Of a stretch of 64,000 bases of DNA, positions 10,885-21,052 are shown in pieces; positions within the stretch are counted from its first letter, which is position 1, and the number at the start of each line of letters is the position of its first letter. The notes under the pieces were generated by a model. That model was not told the origin of the DNA. It did not search any database and saw nothing but the letters and a program-made list of their open reading frames with translations. The stretch comes from Candidatus Poribacteria bacterium (GTDB taxonomy: Bacteria; Poribacteria; WGA-4E; WGA-3G). A program made the translations under genes and the position numbers. The stretch spans positions 1,088,001-1,152,000 of the forward strand of contig CBDANF010000003.1 of assembly GCA_965197475.1 (NCBI GenBank), read 5' to 3'.

Positions 10885-11904
10885 TTAAAAATTATCCTTC
10901 GGTACTCCCGCTTCTGAAACTGGCGAATTTCGCGGGTCAAAAACCTCATCCACACTATAGAACTGGTCGCTTTGTGTTCCGATGCTCAGCTCAATAACAT
11001 TGGGTCCCACCTGTTTATTTCCACTGATATAATTGTCTCGGAGTCTGCCACCGTCGTAGACTGCCCAACCACTGTTCAACGTGATATTGTTGGATACAAT
11101 CTCAGGTGAGGACGTAGAATAACAGATGATCGCATATTCATAGTTTGATCGGATATTGTTATGTTGGATACGTGGGCGTGAATCATCTTCACATACAAGT
11201 CCATATCGGTTGGCATTGAATTCGTTATACTCTACCTCTGGCGCAGCGGCACCGCGGAATTGTGCACCACTGCCGTTCCGGTTGAACTCATTAGCAGTAA
11301 TAGTTGGGTTGGTATTTTCGCAAAGCACCCCGATTTTGTTCTCACTAAAGAGACATCTCTCAATTTGGACAGAATCCGTTCCACATATAATGCCGTAAAT
11401 AGCATGCTGGATGCGACAGTAAGTGAGTCGACTATTTGGACTCTGCGCTTCAATCTTAATGCCTTCCCAATCCCCCGCTTTTGGTGGGGCAGCGTTTTGT
11501 GCTGGGGTTAAAGGCACGATTGGCATTCGAGTTGGAGTTTTCAGATCTGATTTAGGTTCTGGAGCTTTTTGTGGTGTACCTAAAGACCCAAAAACTATCA
11601 TTCGGTCAGGGGAACCTTCTGCGTAAAGTTCACCATGCACAATGATCTCACTGGGATCGTCTGCGGGTTCAAAACCGACGGTGGTTCCTGCACGGATAGT
11701 CAGTGTTGTCCCTTCTGGTACAATAACGGTGCCGATAACATATATACGTCCTTCCCAAACTTCATTTTCTGTGAGTTCACCGGATTTTTCAATGATACCT
11801 GAGGCAGAACCACCCATGTCTGAATTAAATGCGCCACCTTGACATCCCAGATATAAACCTGTTAAGCATAAGATAAAAATAATTTTCATTAATGTATTTT
11901 TCAT
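10885..11904 (-). CDS. Lipoprotein with right-handed parallel beta-helix (NosD-like) domain
   Basis: Lipobox YLGC; VPEGTTLTIRAGT, GDWEGI, and repeated 'P.I..N.F..N..G' units. Confidence 0.75.
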   Translation of the reverse strand: MKNTLMKIIFILCLTGLYLGCQGGAFNSDMGGSASGIIEKSGELTENEVWEGRIYVIGTVIVPEGTTLTIRAGTTVGFEPADDPSEIIVHGELYAEGSPDRMIVFGSLGTPQKAPEPKSDLKTPTRMPIVPLTPAQNAAPPKAGDWEGIKIEAQSPNSRLTYCRIQHAIYGIICGTDSVQIERCLFSENKIGVLCENTNPTITANEFNRNGSGAQFRGAAAPEVEYNEFNANRYGLVCEDDSRPRIQHNNIRSNYEYAIICYSTSSPEIVSNNITLNSGWAVYDGGRLRDNYISGNKQVGPNVIELSIGTQSDQFYSVDEVFDPRNSPVSEAGVPKDNF

Positions 11905-11957
11905 AACATGGTTTTAACACAGATTCAGATTTATGTCAAGACTTACTTGACATTGGG

Positions 11958-12079
11958 CAGGGCTATTTAGTTTTAGGCTTTTTGTCCAGTTTATCCGAAA
12001 AGTCGCGATTCGGAGATCGCTCCTACAGCGGAAAGTCTTAAATTGAAAATCTAAATATTCGGAGAACTAAATAGCCCTG
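11958..12079. mobile_element. 122-bp MITE with CAGGG ends (ISAs1-like), 10-bp TSD and internal REP
   Basis: TIR CAGGGCTATTTAGTT / AACTAAATAGCCCTG; TSD TGACATTGGG at 11948-11957 and 12080-12089; inverted homologue at 36311-36432. Confidence 0.85.
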
Positions 12080-12087
12080 TGACATTG

Positions 12088-12320
12088 GGGTGTGTAAAGT
12101 TTTTGGCATTAAAAGCATTAATTTGGATTAAACGCAGTGCCCCTAATACTTCACTTTTTATTCATAAATGAAAAAATTAGTAAATGGAAATAAGCAATAC
12201 GTCTTGTCCAGGACAAGGTTTGTTGGCTCCCTGTGGACTGATACGCTATGAATTTTAAAATCCTGTATAGCAAACTAATTATTCACTTAAATTCAACTTT
12301 TCCAAAAACTTTACACACCC
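12088..12320. mobile_element. 233-bp MITE with perfect 19-bp TIR (IS256-like ends)
   Basis: GGGTGTGTAAAGTTTTTGG ... CCAAAAACTTTACACACCC; flanks TGACATTG / TGAATTTG (6/8 match, possibly a decayed TSD). Confidence 0.75.
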
Positions 12321-12325
12321 TGAAT

Positions 12326-12355
12326 TTGACAACACATAAACAGATATGGTAACAT
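12326..12355 (+). promoter_or_regulatory. Putative sigma70 promoter for the ECF operon
   Basis: TTGACA-N18-TAACAT with a TG extended -10. Confidence 0.4.
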
Positions 12356-12571
12356 TTTTATATCATTTAGTAGCAATAGATGGTACAACTTTGCCTAAAA
12401 CGTGTTAATTCTGAAAAGATGAGATAATCATACACGAAAACCGTATTAGGGGTCAAGTTGTAGGCGTTAGAACGTCGTAACTTAATTCTCACCTTTTGAA
12501 ATCGGAAAAATTTTGCAACTGAATCTATTGTTAGGTGTGTATGAGTATGTAAGCACCTCCGGAGGCTCCCG

Positions 12572-13180
12572 ATGCTTGAATTAGATGATGAATTAATGCA
12601 ACGCTTTCAAAAAGGCGATGAGGATGCGTTTAACCTCTTAGCGCGCCGACATCAGCAGCCGTTAATCAATTTTATCGCCAGATTCACCGGGGATAGAGAC
12701 AACGCCGAAGATTTGGCACAGGAAACTTTTATACGCATGTATAAAGCAGCAAACCGCTACAAACCGGGACGAGCTCAATTTAAAACCTGGATGTATTTTA
12801 TTGCGAAAAATCTGTGCAAAAATGAACTGCGAAACCGTGGACGTCGAGACCGTTTTCGTGTTGATAATATCGCTACAAACGATAATACGCCAGGTGCAAA
12901 TGGTGAAGAGATTGATATCATCGCGAGCGCACCCGCCGATGCCGCTTTCCAACCGGAAATTGCACTTGAACGTAAGGAACTCCGCAACGCTATCCAAGAA
13001 GCAATTTCAGAATTGCCTGAACAGTATCGGTTTCCTCTTATCCTCCGAGACATCCAAGGACTAAGTTATGACGAAATCGGCAAAATACTTGAACTGCGAA
13101 GCGGAACAACAAAATCCCGTATTAACCGAGCAAGATTAATGCTTAAAGACAAACTAAAACCTTTTATGGAGTTATTATGA
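12572..13180 (+). CDS. ECF RNA polymerase sigma factor (RpoE/SigW-like)
   Basis: AEDLAQETFI, FKTWMYFIAKN, LSYDEIG..L....GTTKSRINRAR. Confidence 0.95.
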   Translation: MLELDDELMQRFQKGDEDAFNLLARRHQQPLINFIARFTGDRDNAEDLAQETFIRMYKAANRYKPGRAQFKTWMYFIAKNLCKNELRNRGRRDRFRVDNIATNDNTPGANGEEIDIIASAPADAAFQPEIALERKELRNAIQEAISELPEQYRFPLILRDIQGLSYDEIGKILELRSGTTKSRINRARLMLKDKLKPFMELL

Positions 13181-13704
13181 AATGTTTACAGGCTGAAGAA
13201 AACTTCTCTGCACATTTTGAAGATGCGCTTGATTATCAAACATTACAACTTTTCGAGTCCCACATTGCGAAATGCTCAACTTGTCAGCATGAGTATGCCC
13301 AATTTCGAGAATCTGTTAAAGCATCACAACAACTGCCACAGATTGAACCTTCACCCTATTTCCTGTCAACATTACAGCAACGTCTCTCCGCAGAAAAACG
13401 CGAGGCACTTGCCTTCTGGGAACGACTGCTACGTATTTTCAACATGCCGAAATGGGCACTCAGTGGCGCAATAATATTGATTTTTGTGACTGCCGCTACC
13501 TTCTTATTTCATGATGATTTATTCAACCATGAAACCCGACCTTTTAACACGCCACGCCCAGAGTTTTCTTCTCAGTCACCATCAAATAATAACCTTCAAT
13601 CGCCACCTCGTGATTTCTCAACCATTTCAGCACAACCGATGCAACAGAACTACACCTTAAAGCGCGTAAGTTACGTCACTACATCAACGGGTGGAGGATT
13701 ATAG
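13177..13704 (+). CDS. Zinc-binding (ZAS) transmembrane anti-sigma factor
   Basis: Overlaps the sigma stop codon; HIAKCSTC (Hx3Cx2C); one TM helix. Confidence 0.85.
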   Translation: MKCLQAEENFSAHFEDALDYQTLQLFESHIAKCSTCQHEYAQFRESVKASQQLPQIEPSPYFLSTLQQRLSAEKREALAFWERLLRIFNMPKWALSGAIILIFVTAATFLFHDDLFNHETRPFNTPRPEFSSQSPSNNNLQSPPRDFSTISAQPMQQNYTLKRVSYVTTSTGGGL

Positions 13705-13758
13705 TTTTCAGATATAAATGCTCACTAAGTATACTACAACTTTGAAGAGGATAGATAC

Positions 13759-14826
13759 ATGCTTTCCGAAAAACCGAAACATATTCGAAATGTAAATACG
13801 ATATTTATTAATATATGCAATGGACTTGGTATAAGTATCCTGATTTTAATTCTTTGCGCAGCAACACCAAGTTTCGCTAAAGAAAATGTACTACAACTCC
13901 TTGAAAAAGAATTCAAGAAAGTTGTCACGTCTGCTAGTCCGGTTGTTGTTAAAGTCATCGCGTCACAAGCCACATTGACACAATTTTCACCTAACATTGG
14001 CAGTATGAGGATTGTCCGTCAAGACATCAGTTCCGGGATCGTTCTTGATAAGGACGGGCACATTGTAACAACAACATTTAATATGACCCCTCATAAGATT
14101 GAGGTCATCTTCAATAACAACAAAACCGTTCCAGCAAAACTCATCGGTTTTGACGAACTGACCGATCTTGTTGTGCTTAAGTCAGTAAACAAAGTCCCGA
14201 TGCAAGTAAAGCAAGGTGATTCCTCAAAAATTAGTGCCGGTTCGTGGGTCGTCACTATTGGGAGTTCACACGGCGATAACCCAATTGTCTCTTTCGGGAT
14301 TGTTAGTGGTCGAGAAACCTTGCCTGACCATCCCTGTGCTGAACTCATCAAAATCAATGCCCCGGTTTCACCCGGTAACAGTGGTGGGGCAGTCGTGAAC
14401 ACTTCGGGCGAGGTGGTAGGAATGATACTGGCTGTTCTTACTGACCCTAATGATCGGAATCCGCTTCAATTACCCATGCAGATGTGGAAAGGGCAGGAAA
14501 TTACTTTTGCTGTGCCGATTGAGACAGTTAAATCTGTTGCCACTGAAATTATAAAACATGGCAAGGTACCGCGAGGCTGGCTTGGTGTTGATATTGAAAC
14601 AAAAGAGTTCAGTATCTTCGTTACCCGTGTTATAGAAAATAGTCCCGCCCACAAAAGTGGACTTTTGCCGAAAGATATCATTCTTGAATTTAACAACGCA
14701 CCAGTGAAGAACTACGCTGAACTCCTTAGACGTGTTGGAAGCGCATCGCCAAATACAGAAGTCATTCTAAAAATCCATAGAGACGGTCGTGAAAAGAACT
14801 ATACCGTCAAACTCGGGGAACGGTAA
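13759..14826 (+). CDS. HtrA/DegP-like trypsin-fold plus PDZ protein (catalytic His apparently absent)
   Basis: SSGIVL, TDLVVLK, PGNSGG, PRGWLGV and PDZ SPAHKSGL. Confidence 0.85.
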   Translation: MLSEKPKHIRNVNTIFINICNGLGISILILILCAATPSFAKENVLQLLEKEFKKVVTSASPVVVKVIASQATLTQFSPNIGSMRIVRQDISSGIVLDKDGHIVTTTFNMTPHKIEVIFNNNKTVPAKLIGFDELTDLVVLKSVNKVPMQVKQGDSSKISAGSWVVTIGSSHGDNPIVSFGIVSGRETLPDHPCAELIKINAPVSPGNSGGAVVNTSGEVVGMILAVLTDPNDRNPLQLPMQMWKGQEITFAVPIETVKSVATEIIKHGKVPRGWLGVDIETKEFSIFVTRVIENSPAHKSGLLPKDIILEFNNAPVKNYAELLRRVGSASPNTEVILKIHRDGREKNYTVKLGER

Positions 14827-14866
14827 GGTTTTGTATGATTAAGACCATAGATGCCAATTTAACCTA

Positions 14867-15036
14867 TAGGTTGGGTAGAGCTTGCGAAACCCAACACTTT
14901 TCCTGCGTGGTTTGATAGATATGGTGCTACAAAGGTGGGTTTCACTACCCCACCTTGCTGGGATATAATGCGTATAGTTTTTGAAGTATGTTTGGGTATT
15001 CGCACCGCCTTCTCAGTTCCGTTCTACCCAACCTAC
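14867..15036. repeat. REPIN-like inverted pair of GTAG-type REPs between convergent genes
   Basis: TAGGTTGGGTAGAG..AAACCCAAC at 14867 and inverted CTACCCAACCTAC at 15024-15036; same REP class as 3061. Confidence 0.7.
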
Positions 15037-15040
15037 GACT

Positions 15041-16105
15041 CTACTTCAACCGATTAAACTCCTTTAAGTATGTTTGTGCGATAGTCTTATTTCCTTTAAT
15101 AATCAGCAGGTTTTCACTGTTCTTTGTTTCAGCGTTCTTTGAGAAATTATACGAACCTGTAATGACTGTTTCCTCATCAATAATAATCACTTTGTGATGC
15201 ATTGTTCCGGGAGTCTCATCTACAATTACCGGTATTTTTGCATTCTTCATTGATTTATATTCAGAATGCTCATTAATTTGCCTTTCTTCAAATACACCCT
15301 CCACAACAACGCCTGATTTATAGCGATCGCGCATTGCCTTCCCCAACTCATCGTGTGTAAACGAAAACGCCATGAAATAAATTGATTTCTCCGCAGACTT
15401 AATCTCTCGCAATAGAGGTGGAATCGTCTCGTTTTCTGGCGCAAAATGGGTAGAAATCATCGTGCCATCGTTTAGGGAAATATGTGGATATGGAATAAAC
15501 GGATCGGATGACTTTCCGTACTGTTCAGAGAAATACATCTCCCGAAATTCCTGCGTGAAGTTAAAAGCAAGCGGTACCGAATCAATCCAGACTACGTTAT
15601 TGTCGTTCTTGTGCGCGCCGTTGTAAGTAGTATTATACGAACCTGTCCAGACATACCGTTCGTCAACCACAAAAAACTTATGATGCATATACCCTTCATT
15701 GTCACCATCATCACGAATAGGAATGTCTGCCTCTTGCAGCCGTTTAATCTCCTCTTCATCAACATTGTCGTTCTCAGTGAACACTCGCACACTCACTCCT
15801 CGGTTGTGTGCATCAATTAAGGCATCTGCTACCGGTGTTGAATTCAAATGGTAAAGGGCAGCATCAACACGCTCTGAAGCTGAACTAAGTTTTGCTATAA
15901 GCCGCTTCTCCAAAGAATAAGCACCGCCACCCCCATTGACTTCACTAAAATATATCTCCCAGGATTGCTCATCAGTCGTTGCGTGGGGTTTAATCTTGAA
16001 ATGTCTGATACCGAAACCGATCGCAACAGCAGCCACTAAAATGAGAAAAAACGGAACAAACTTTGAATTTCTACTTTTAGGTGGTACCGCTGAATCGCTA
16101 TTCAT
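15041..16105 (-). CDS. Phospholipase D-family (Nuc-like) protein with two HKD motifs and an N-terminal TM anchor
   Basis: MHHKFFVVD...TGSYN and MHHKVIIID...TGSYN. Confidence 0.9.
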   Translation of the reverse strand: MNSDSAVPPKSRNSKFVPFFLILVAAVAIGFGIRHFKIKPHATTDEQSWEIYFSEVNGGGGAYSLEKRLIAKLSSASERVDAALYHLNSTPVADALIDAHNRGVSVRVFTENDNVDEEEIKRLQEADIPIRDDGDNEGYMHHKFFVVDERYVWTGSYNTTYNGAHKNDNNVVWIDSVPLAFNFTQEFREMYFSEQYGKSSDPFIPYPHISLNDGTMISTHFAPENETIPPLLREIKSAEKSIYFMAFSFTHDELGKAMRDRYKSGVVVEGVFEERQINEHSEYKSMKNAKIPVIVDETPGTMHHKVIIIDEETVITGSYNFSKNAETKNSENLLIIKGNKTIAQTYLKEFNRLK

Positions 16106-16123
16106 ATCTATATTACTCCATCA

Positions 16124-16217
16124 TATAGTAGATTTTATAATTAACGCTATATTTTGATCGGCGCACTTACAAAGCGCGCCTACAATGGATATGTCAACAT
16201 TTTGGAATTTTACTATA
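16124..16217. mobile_element. TA-flanked (IS630-like) MITE carrying a GTAGGCGCG REP
   Basis: Ends TATAGTAGATTT / AATTTTACTATA; related copies at 27297-27356, 43432-43525 and 50657-50713. Confidence 0.6.
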
Positions 16218-16227
16218 AGATCAATCG

Positions 16228-17118
16228 TTAAACGCCCCACCTGCGCCGAGATTCTTCCAAAGGCTCAATTTTGGCATCTTTCTGCTTCCAAGCGTAATGC
16301 CCTTTCGGTTTTTCGCCTATCCATCGCTCATCAATGGGATCGGCGGCAAGTTGATAGCGGGTATCTGCAGTAATCCGTATTTTGTTGGACGTATTGACCA
16401 GCGATGCATGCATTAGGAACATACTGAAAATGATAACATCCCCAGCCGAAAACGATGTCGTTGCCCAGTGCCCCCCAAATTTTTCAACGATTTCAACTGG
16501 ATTGTCACTAAAATGCCCTTCAATCATATCTCGATCAACATCTGCTTGTCCGTAGGTTTCCCGCACCTTCTCAAATCGGTTTGAGCCGAGACAAAAGACT
16601 ATCGGTCCCATATCCAGCGACACATCACCAAATGGGGTCCAGCATGAATAAAGGTTTTGTGTGCCTCTCCCCATAAAGACGATATCGTAATGAATCGGTG
16701 AACCAGAACCTGGACCAGCGGTTCGGAGCCATTTGAAATCAAACGTCCGCGCCTCACCACCGAGAAAATGTTTGAAAAAGTTCATTATCGACGGACCTTC
16801 AATCACGGCTTTAAATGCTGGCAACCGTGCCAACGCCTTATTCCCCATTGATCCTGTTGATGTAGGTTCGGGATAATCCGGATTGAAGATGCCATCCATC
16901 AGCGGCATATCAGGAGCAAGCTTGTCTTTCGCTGCCAATTCCTCCAGAATCTGGTGGCGCGCGGAAAGCACCGTCTCTTTGTCGTGTAAACCACGAATCA
17001 ATAGATACCCATCTTCTGCTATCCGATCATGCAACGCTTCCGGATTGTCCAAAATATCGTTACTTTCTCGTAAATCGGTGCTGACCTCAACTTCCTGATG
17101 TAAAAGGGGCAGTTTCAT
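16228..17118 (-). CDS. Phytanoyl-CoA dioxygenase (PhyH) family Fe(II)/2OG oxygenase
   Basis: DGYLLIRG, HYD, AGDVIIF...HAS..N, and R.TADTRY. Confidence 0.9.
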   Translation of the reverse strand: MKLPLLHQEVEVSTDLRESNDILDNPEALHDRIAEDGYLLIRGLHDKETVLSARHQILEELAAKDKLAPDMPLMDGIFNPDYPEPTSTGSMGNKALARLPAFKAVIEGPSIMNFFKHFLGGEARTFDFKWLRTAGPGSGSPIHYDIVFMGRGTQNLYSCWTPFGDVSLDMGPIVFCLGSNRFEKVRETYGQADVDRDMIEGHFSDNPVEIVEKFGGHWATTSFSAGDVIIFSMFLMHASLVNTSNKIRITADTRYQLAADPIDERWIGEKPKGHYAWKQKDAKIEPLEESRRRWGV

Positions 17119-17119
17119 G

Positions 17120-19183
17120 TTATTTCCTCACTTCCGATGGTGGAGGCTCTTTCAACCATGCATAGTTGAATCGATAATGTTGTTTACTGCTAATCAGATG
17201 TATGATCCCATCCTGAGCTTGGCATACAGCAAGATAACCACCGGGTTCAGCACTATTCAATCCCATCATAAAGGGTCTTCCGTCCATCGTCTCAATTTCT
17301 CGGTCAGGTCCATCATCTGAAATCAGGCGAATATGAGTCCAAGTTTCTCCATCATCGTAAGAAAGCGCGCCGAAAAGTCCTGTTACCAGACGTTCATTCC
17401 CGGATGCGTCAACAATTGGCATCATTTCAGGTGTTTTACGGCTGCCTGTAAAGGATACGAGAAAAATCGGTCCTTCTTTAAGTTTCAAAAACACACACCG
17501 CTGTCCACCGGAAACAGGTGGAAACGGACTTGCGCTGTAATGCCACGTTTTGCCACCATCTTCAGAGATACTTTTCGGCATACGACCGTCAATCGTATCA
17601 CCTCGCCCATACGTCATCAACCGACCACCAGATAATTCTACAACAGCAGCGTGTATCCCAGCAACCCATCCACCACTATTTCCAGCCGCAAATTCAGGTA
17701 CAGGTTGTCCTGTCCCCGGATCGGACCAAGTTTCCCCATCATCTTCGCTAATCCAGACTGCGGTGCCGCCGTTTCCACCACTTACTGCATCGCATGCGAG
17801 GAGGATTGAACCGTCTTGTCTTCGGAAGACAGAGGCGATCGGCATGTGCCGCAGACGATGTTCCGGTGAGATAAAACGCGGTTTTGACCATGTGGCACCG
17901 TTATCGTCTGAATATCGCATCACCAACGCTAAAGGTCCCCACGTCGCTGCAGCAGAGAGACCGTTGAAATGGTAGATTCGCCCCTTCTCATTACGCCAGA
18001 GAGAGGTTGCGTGATTGTTTCGGTCTGGCGGTCCCCAAAACGGTTCGGCAGGTTCCCATTCCGATTCGCCAAAACGCAACCGACTCGCGGCAACTGTCAA
18101 TTCACGGCCCCGCTCTGTTACACACGAATACCACGCTGCAAACATATCTCCGTTTGGACACTCCACAATCGCAGGTACATGGTTATGTTTTGAAAAAAGC
18201 GGTCCGTTAGAACCATCTGGAATTCGGACAAACGGAATTGGTTCTGCAAAATACGGCGTATCTGGTGCGGGGGCACTTGCAGCCTCTTGTTTCACATTAC
18301 GTCCCCATAACGCTACTTTCGGAGACGGTAAAAGCGCAGATGTTTCAGGCATCTCCCCACAAACAACTCGGAAACCGATATACCAATGTTTATCTTCAGG
18401 CACTGCCCCCATCCGATTTGCAGAACGGAGATAACAGAGCAGTGTTGAATGGCTACCACCTCGCGTCACACGATACAAACCCGATTCCCTTCCACATGGA
18501 TCAACCTGTGGGTGTGATTCATAAGGTCCATACCAATCTTGACACCATTCCTCGACGTTTCCGTGCATGTCGTATACGTCCCATGCATTCGGTGTCGTTT
18601 TGCCAACGTGCAATGGCACAACTTCTTCCGTGCCTCTGCCCCGTCCTGCGTCTGGATACCAACTTTCCCCAACGTTTTTGCGAAATTCAGGAGGCAAGGT
18701 ATCACCGATATGAAAATGCGTTGTTGTGCCCGCGCGGCAGACGTATTCCCATTCTGCTTCGGTTGGCAGCCTGTAAAGGATACCCTCCTTTTCGGATAGC
18801 CATTTGCAGAAACGGGTCGCATCGTGCCAATCCACAAAAACAACTGCTTCATCATCGTCTTGCGAGAAGCCTAATTTTCCACGGAGTTGGCTATGAGAAG
18901 GCTGAAATTCTTCATACTGTGCGTTGGTCACCTGAAAAATGCCGATGTGAAACGGCATGGTCAGGGTTACCTGATGTATCGGTTGTTCGTCCCAATCGCC
19001 ATCCCGTAGATATTCCTTACTTGCTGTTAATTCATCTGCAAGATTTGCTTGTTCTGAACCCATCATAAAGGTGCCAGGTTCAATTCTTACGAACTTCATG
19101 CCAATTGAGTTAGTGAAAGTCTGTTCTTGAATTGTCTGATGTTGCATAATTTTCTCGTTTCGGAATTTATAATCGTAAGCCAT
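17120..19183 (-). CDS. FGE-sulfatase (SUMF1) domain fused to a BNR/Asp-box sialidase-like domain
   Basis: YRLPTEAEWEY, YDMHGNVEEWC, IGFRVV; Asp-boxes YSDDNGATW, SEDDGETW, SEDGGKTW, SYDDGETW. Confidence 0.85.
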   Translation of the reverse strand: MAYDYKFRNEKIMQHQTIQEQTFTNSIGMKFVRIEPGTFMMGSEQANLADELTASKEYLRDGDWDEQPIHQVTLTMPFHIGIFQVTNAQYEEFQPSHSQLRGKLGFSQDDDEAVVFVDWHDATRFCKWLSEKEGILYRLPTEAEWEYVCRAGTTTHFHIGDTLPPEFRKNVGESWYPDAGRGRGTEEVVPLHVGKTTPNAWDVYDMHGNVEEWCQDWYGPYESHPQVDPCGRESGLYRVTRGGSHSTLLCYLRSANRMGAVPEDKHWYIGFRVVCGEMPETSALLPSPKVALWGRNVKQEAASAPAPDTPYFAEPIPFVRIPDGSNGPLFSKHNHVPAIVECPNGDMFAAWYSCVTERGRELTVAASRLRFGESEWEPAEPFWGPPDRNNHATSLWRNEKGRIYHFNGLSAAATWGPLALVMRYSDDNGATWSKPRFISPEHRLRHMPIASVFRRQDGSILLACDAVSGGNGGTAVWISEDDGETWSDPGTGQPVPEFAAGNSGGWVAGIHAAVVELSGGRLMTYGRGDTIDGRMPKSISEDGGKTWHYSASPFPPVSGGQRCVFLKLKEGPIFLVSFTGSRKTPEMMPIVDASGNERLVTGLFGALSYDDGETWTHIRLISDDGPDREIETMDGRPFMMGLNSAEPGGYLAVCQAQDGIIHLISSKQHYRFNYAWLKEPPPSEVRK

Positions 19184-19200
19184 AGGTGGAGGGAATCCTA

Positions 19201-20800
19201 TTACTCCACTTGTGAAGGACGCTGTTGCAAGATGGGGATAACGTAACTCTGAATGGTAAGACCGTCAACGGTGTCTGTTTCAACCTGTGGATTGGCTTTC
19301 TCACGATAATCAAATACAATGTAATAACCCTCTACTGCTCTCTCCAGTTTCAGATACGCAGCAAGTTGTTGTTTACCTGCCTGATATGTTTTTTCATTTC
19401 GCCAAACTTTGGTTTCAACAATATATTTTTCCTCTTTGTGCCCGATGATAAGGTCTGCCCGACCTCTGCCCGTTGGAACTTCAAGATACATCATGGCACG
19501 AACCATATTCACAAATTCGTCAAGATAAGCAAAAAGCAAATATTGCCCGACAAATTCTTGCGGTGTATCAGGCACTTGTAGGATTCTGTATCCTACGCGT
19601 GCGATGAAATCCCTGAAGTTTTCGATAAGCGTCCGCATCTGAAGCTGTCCCGCCTCTGATACATACTCAGTAAAATCCATCGGTCCGTCTTCTGCGAAGT
19701 ATTGATCCTCAAGTCCATTTATGAATGGCTGAAACCCTTGCAGAACGCGATGCAGATAGATCGGATTGCGGATTTGACACATCCCATCTTCATCTTCTCC
19801 AATTATCCCGTAAGTTGCAAGTTCACTGATAACCTCATCATCAAGGTTGAAACGTCTACGCTCTTCATAAAAGGTGATACGCATAAGCATTTTTTCAAAG
19901 CGCGGGTCTCTTCGGATGTTTGTTATAAGATGTGAGATATTGGTGTTGCGTTCCCTCAGAAGTTGTTTGTGTGCTGCTGAAAAGTGTTGCATCTGAATTG
20001 GCTCGGACTTAGAAATATCAAGTGCCTCAGTGAGGATCTGCCCGAATCTGTTGACGAGAAAGGGTTGTCCTGCTGTCTGTTTGTGTATTGCTTCAATAAC
20101 TTCAGGGATAAAAGGTTGTCCAACTTCTTCAGTATATTGTGAAAAAAGTTCTTCTACTTGTGCGAACGTGAAATTTGGCAGCCTAAACTCATCTTGTATA
20201 TTGAAGGGTGAGATGGAGCGATCATAGTTGAGTTGGGTGATGTTTTTAACACCGACAATACCGACACTATACGGGCATCGGAGACCTATAGTGGAAAGAT
20301 ATATCTGACGAAGGGTGTGCAGAAACCCGCGAAGTGCTTCGGGTGGAATGCCATCAAACTCGTCAATTATAATAATTAATTTTTGATTTCCAAGTAGTTT
20401 CCCAAGGTTTTTGAAGAAATCCGCCATGGCAATATGATCAATTACCTCCACATTCGAAAAAAAGTGGCTTAAAGCATCTGGTAGTTCCTCGCCGCGTCTT
20501 TGCCAAACGGATGAAATTAGTTGACAGAAGCTTTTGCAGAAGTGTGGATAGAAACGTGTAGAATCAGTGTCTACATACCCTTCAAAATTAAGCTGTATAG
20601 GAAAATAGGCGACTTCTTCCTCTTCAAGTGCGTCAAGCGCGTTTCGAAAAAAAAGTAGTCTTGCCTGTTTGCCTCGGCGCAAAGAGAACAATATAGCGTC
20701 CCTGTTTCACGCGATTTATGAAATCTGCGAGTTCCTCTTTACGTGAGACGACATAGTTTACGTCTGGATAGACGGGACCATAAGTGCCAAAACATCTCAT
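19201..20800 (-). CDS. AAA-like ATPase with C-terminal PD-(D/E)XK-like domain, frameshifted at a T8 run
   Basis: ATG at 20800 gives MRCFGTYGPV...APRQTGKTTFF (Walker A); one extra T in the run at 20647-20654 shifts into the 496-aa ORF (IIIIDEFD Walker B; GRGRADLII..VETK...QLAAY). Confidence 0.8.
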
Positions 20801-21052
20801 GCTTTGCTCCACGGTATTGGGGTCAAACTGATTTTAATTTATTATACATGGTTTATCTCTAAAAGTCAATTAATCATAAATCGTATTTAGAACCCATTCA
20901 GTTTGGTTTTCTGAATGCAATCCCGTGCCTTATATCAGTTAAGAAAAAATGGGCAGGCACAAAGACCCACCCCTATAGCATAATAGACGAGTGCATTTCG
21001 ACTTTCAAAGCCTCCCATAGAATTTAAAATATCTAATATTGCTTCAGATATC

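Noticed and set aside
15041-16105. PLD nuclease as an anti-phage system
   Set aside because: It is a TM-anchored standalone double-HKD protein with no helicase or methylase partners.
18238-19068. 276-aa plus-strand ORF and the many other short antisense or overlapping ORFs
   Set aside because: They are shadows of well-supported opposite-strand genes and have no recognisable motifs or RBS.
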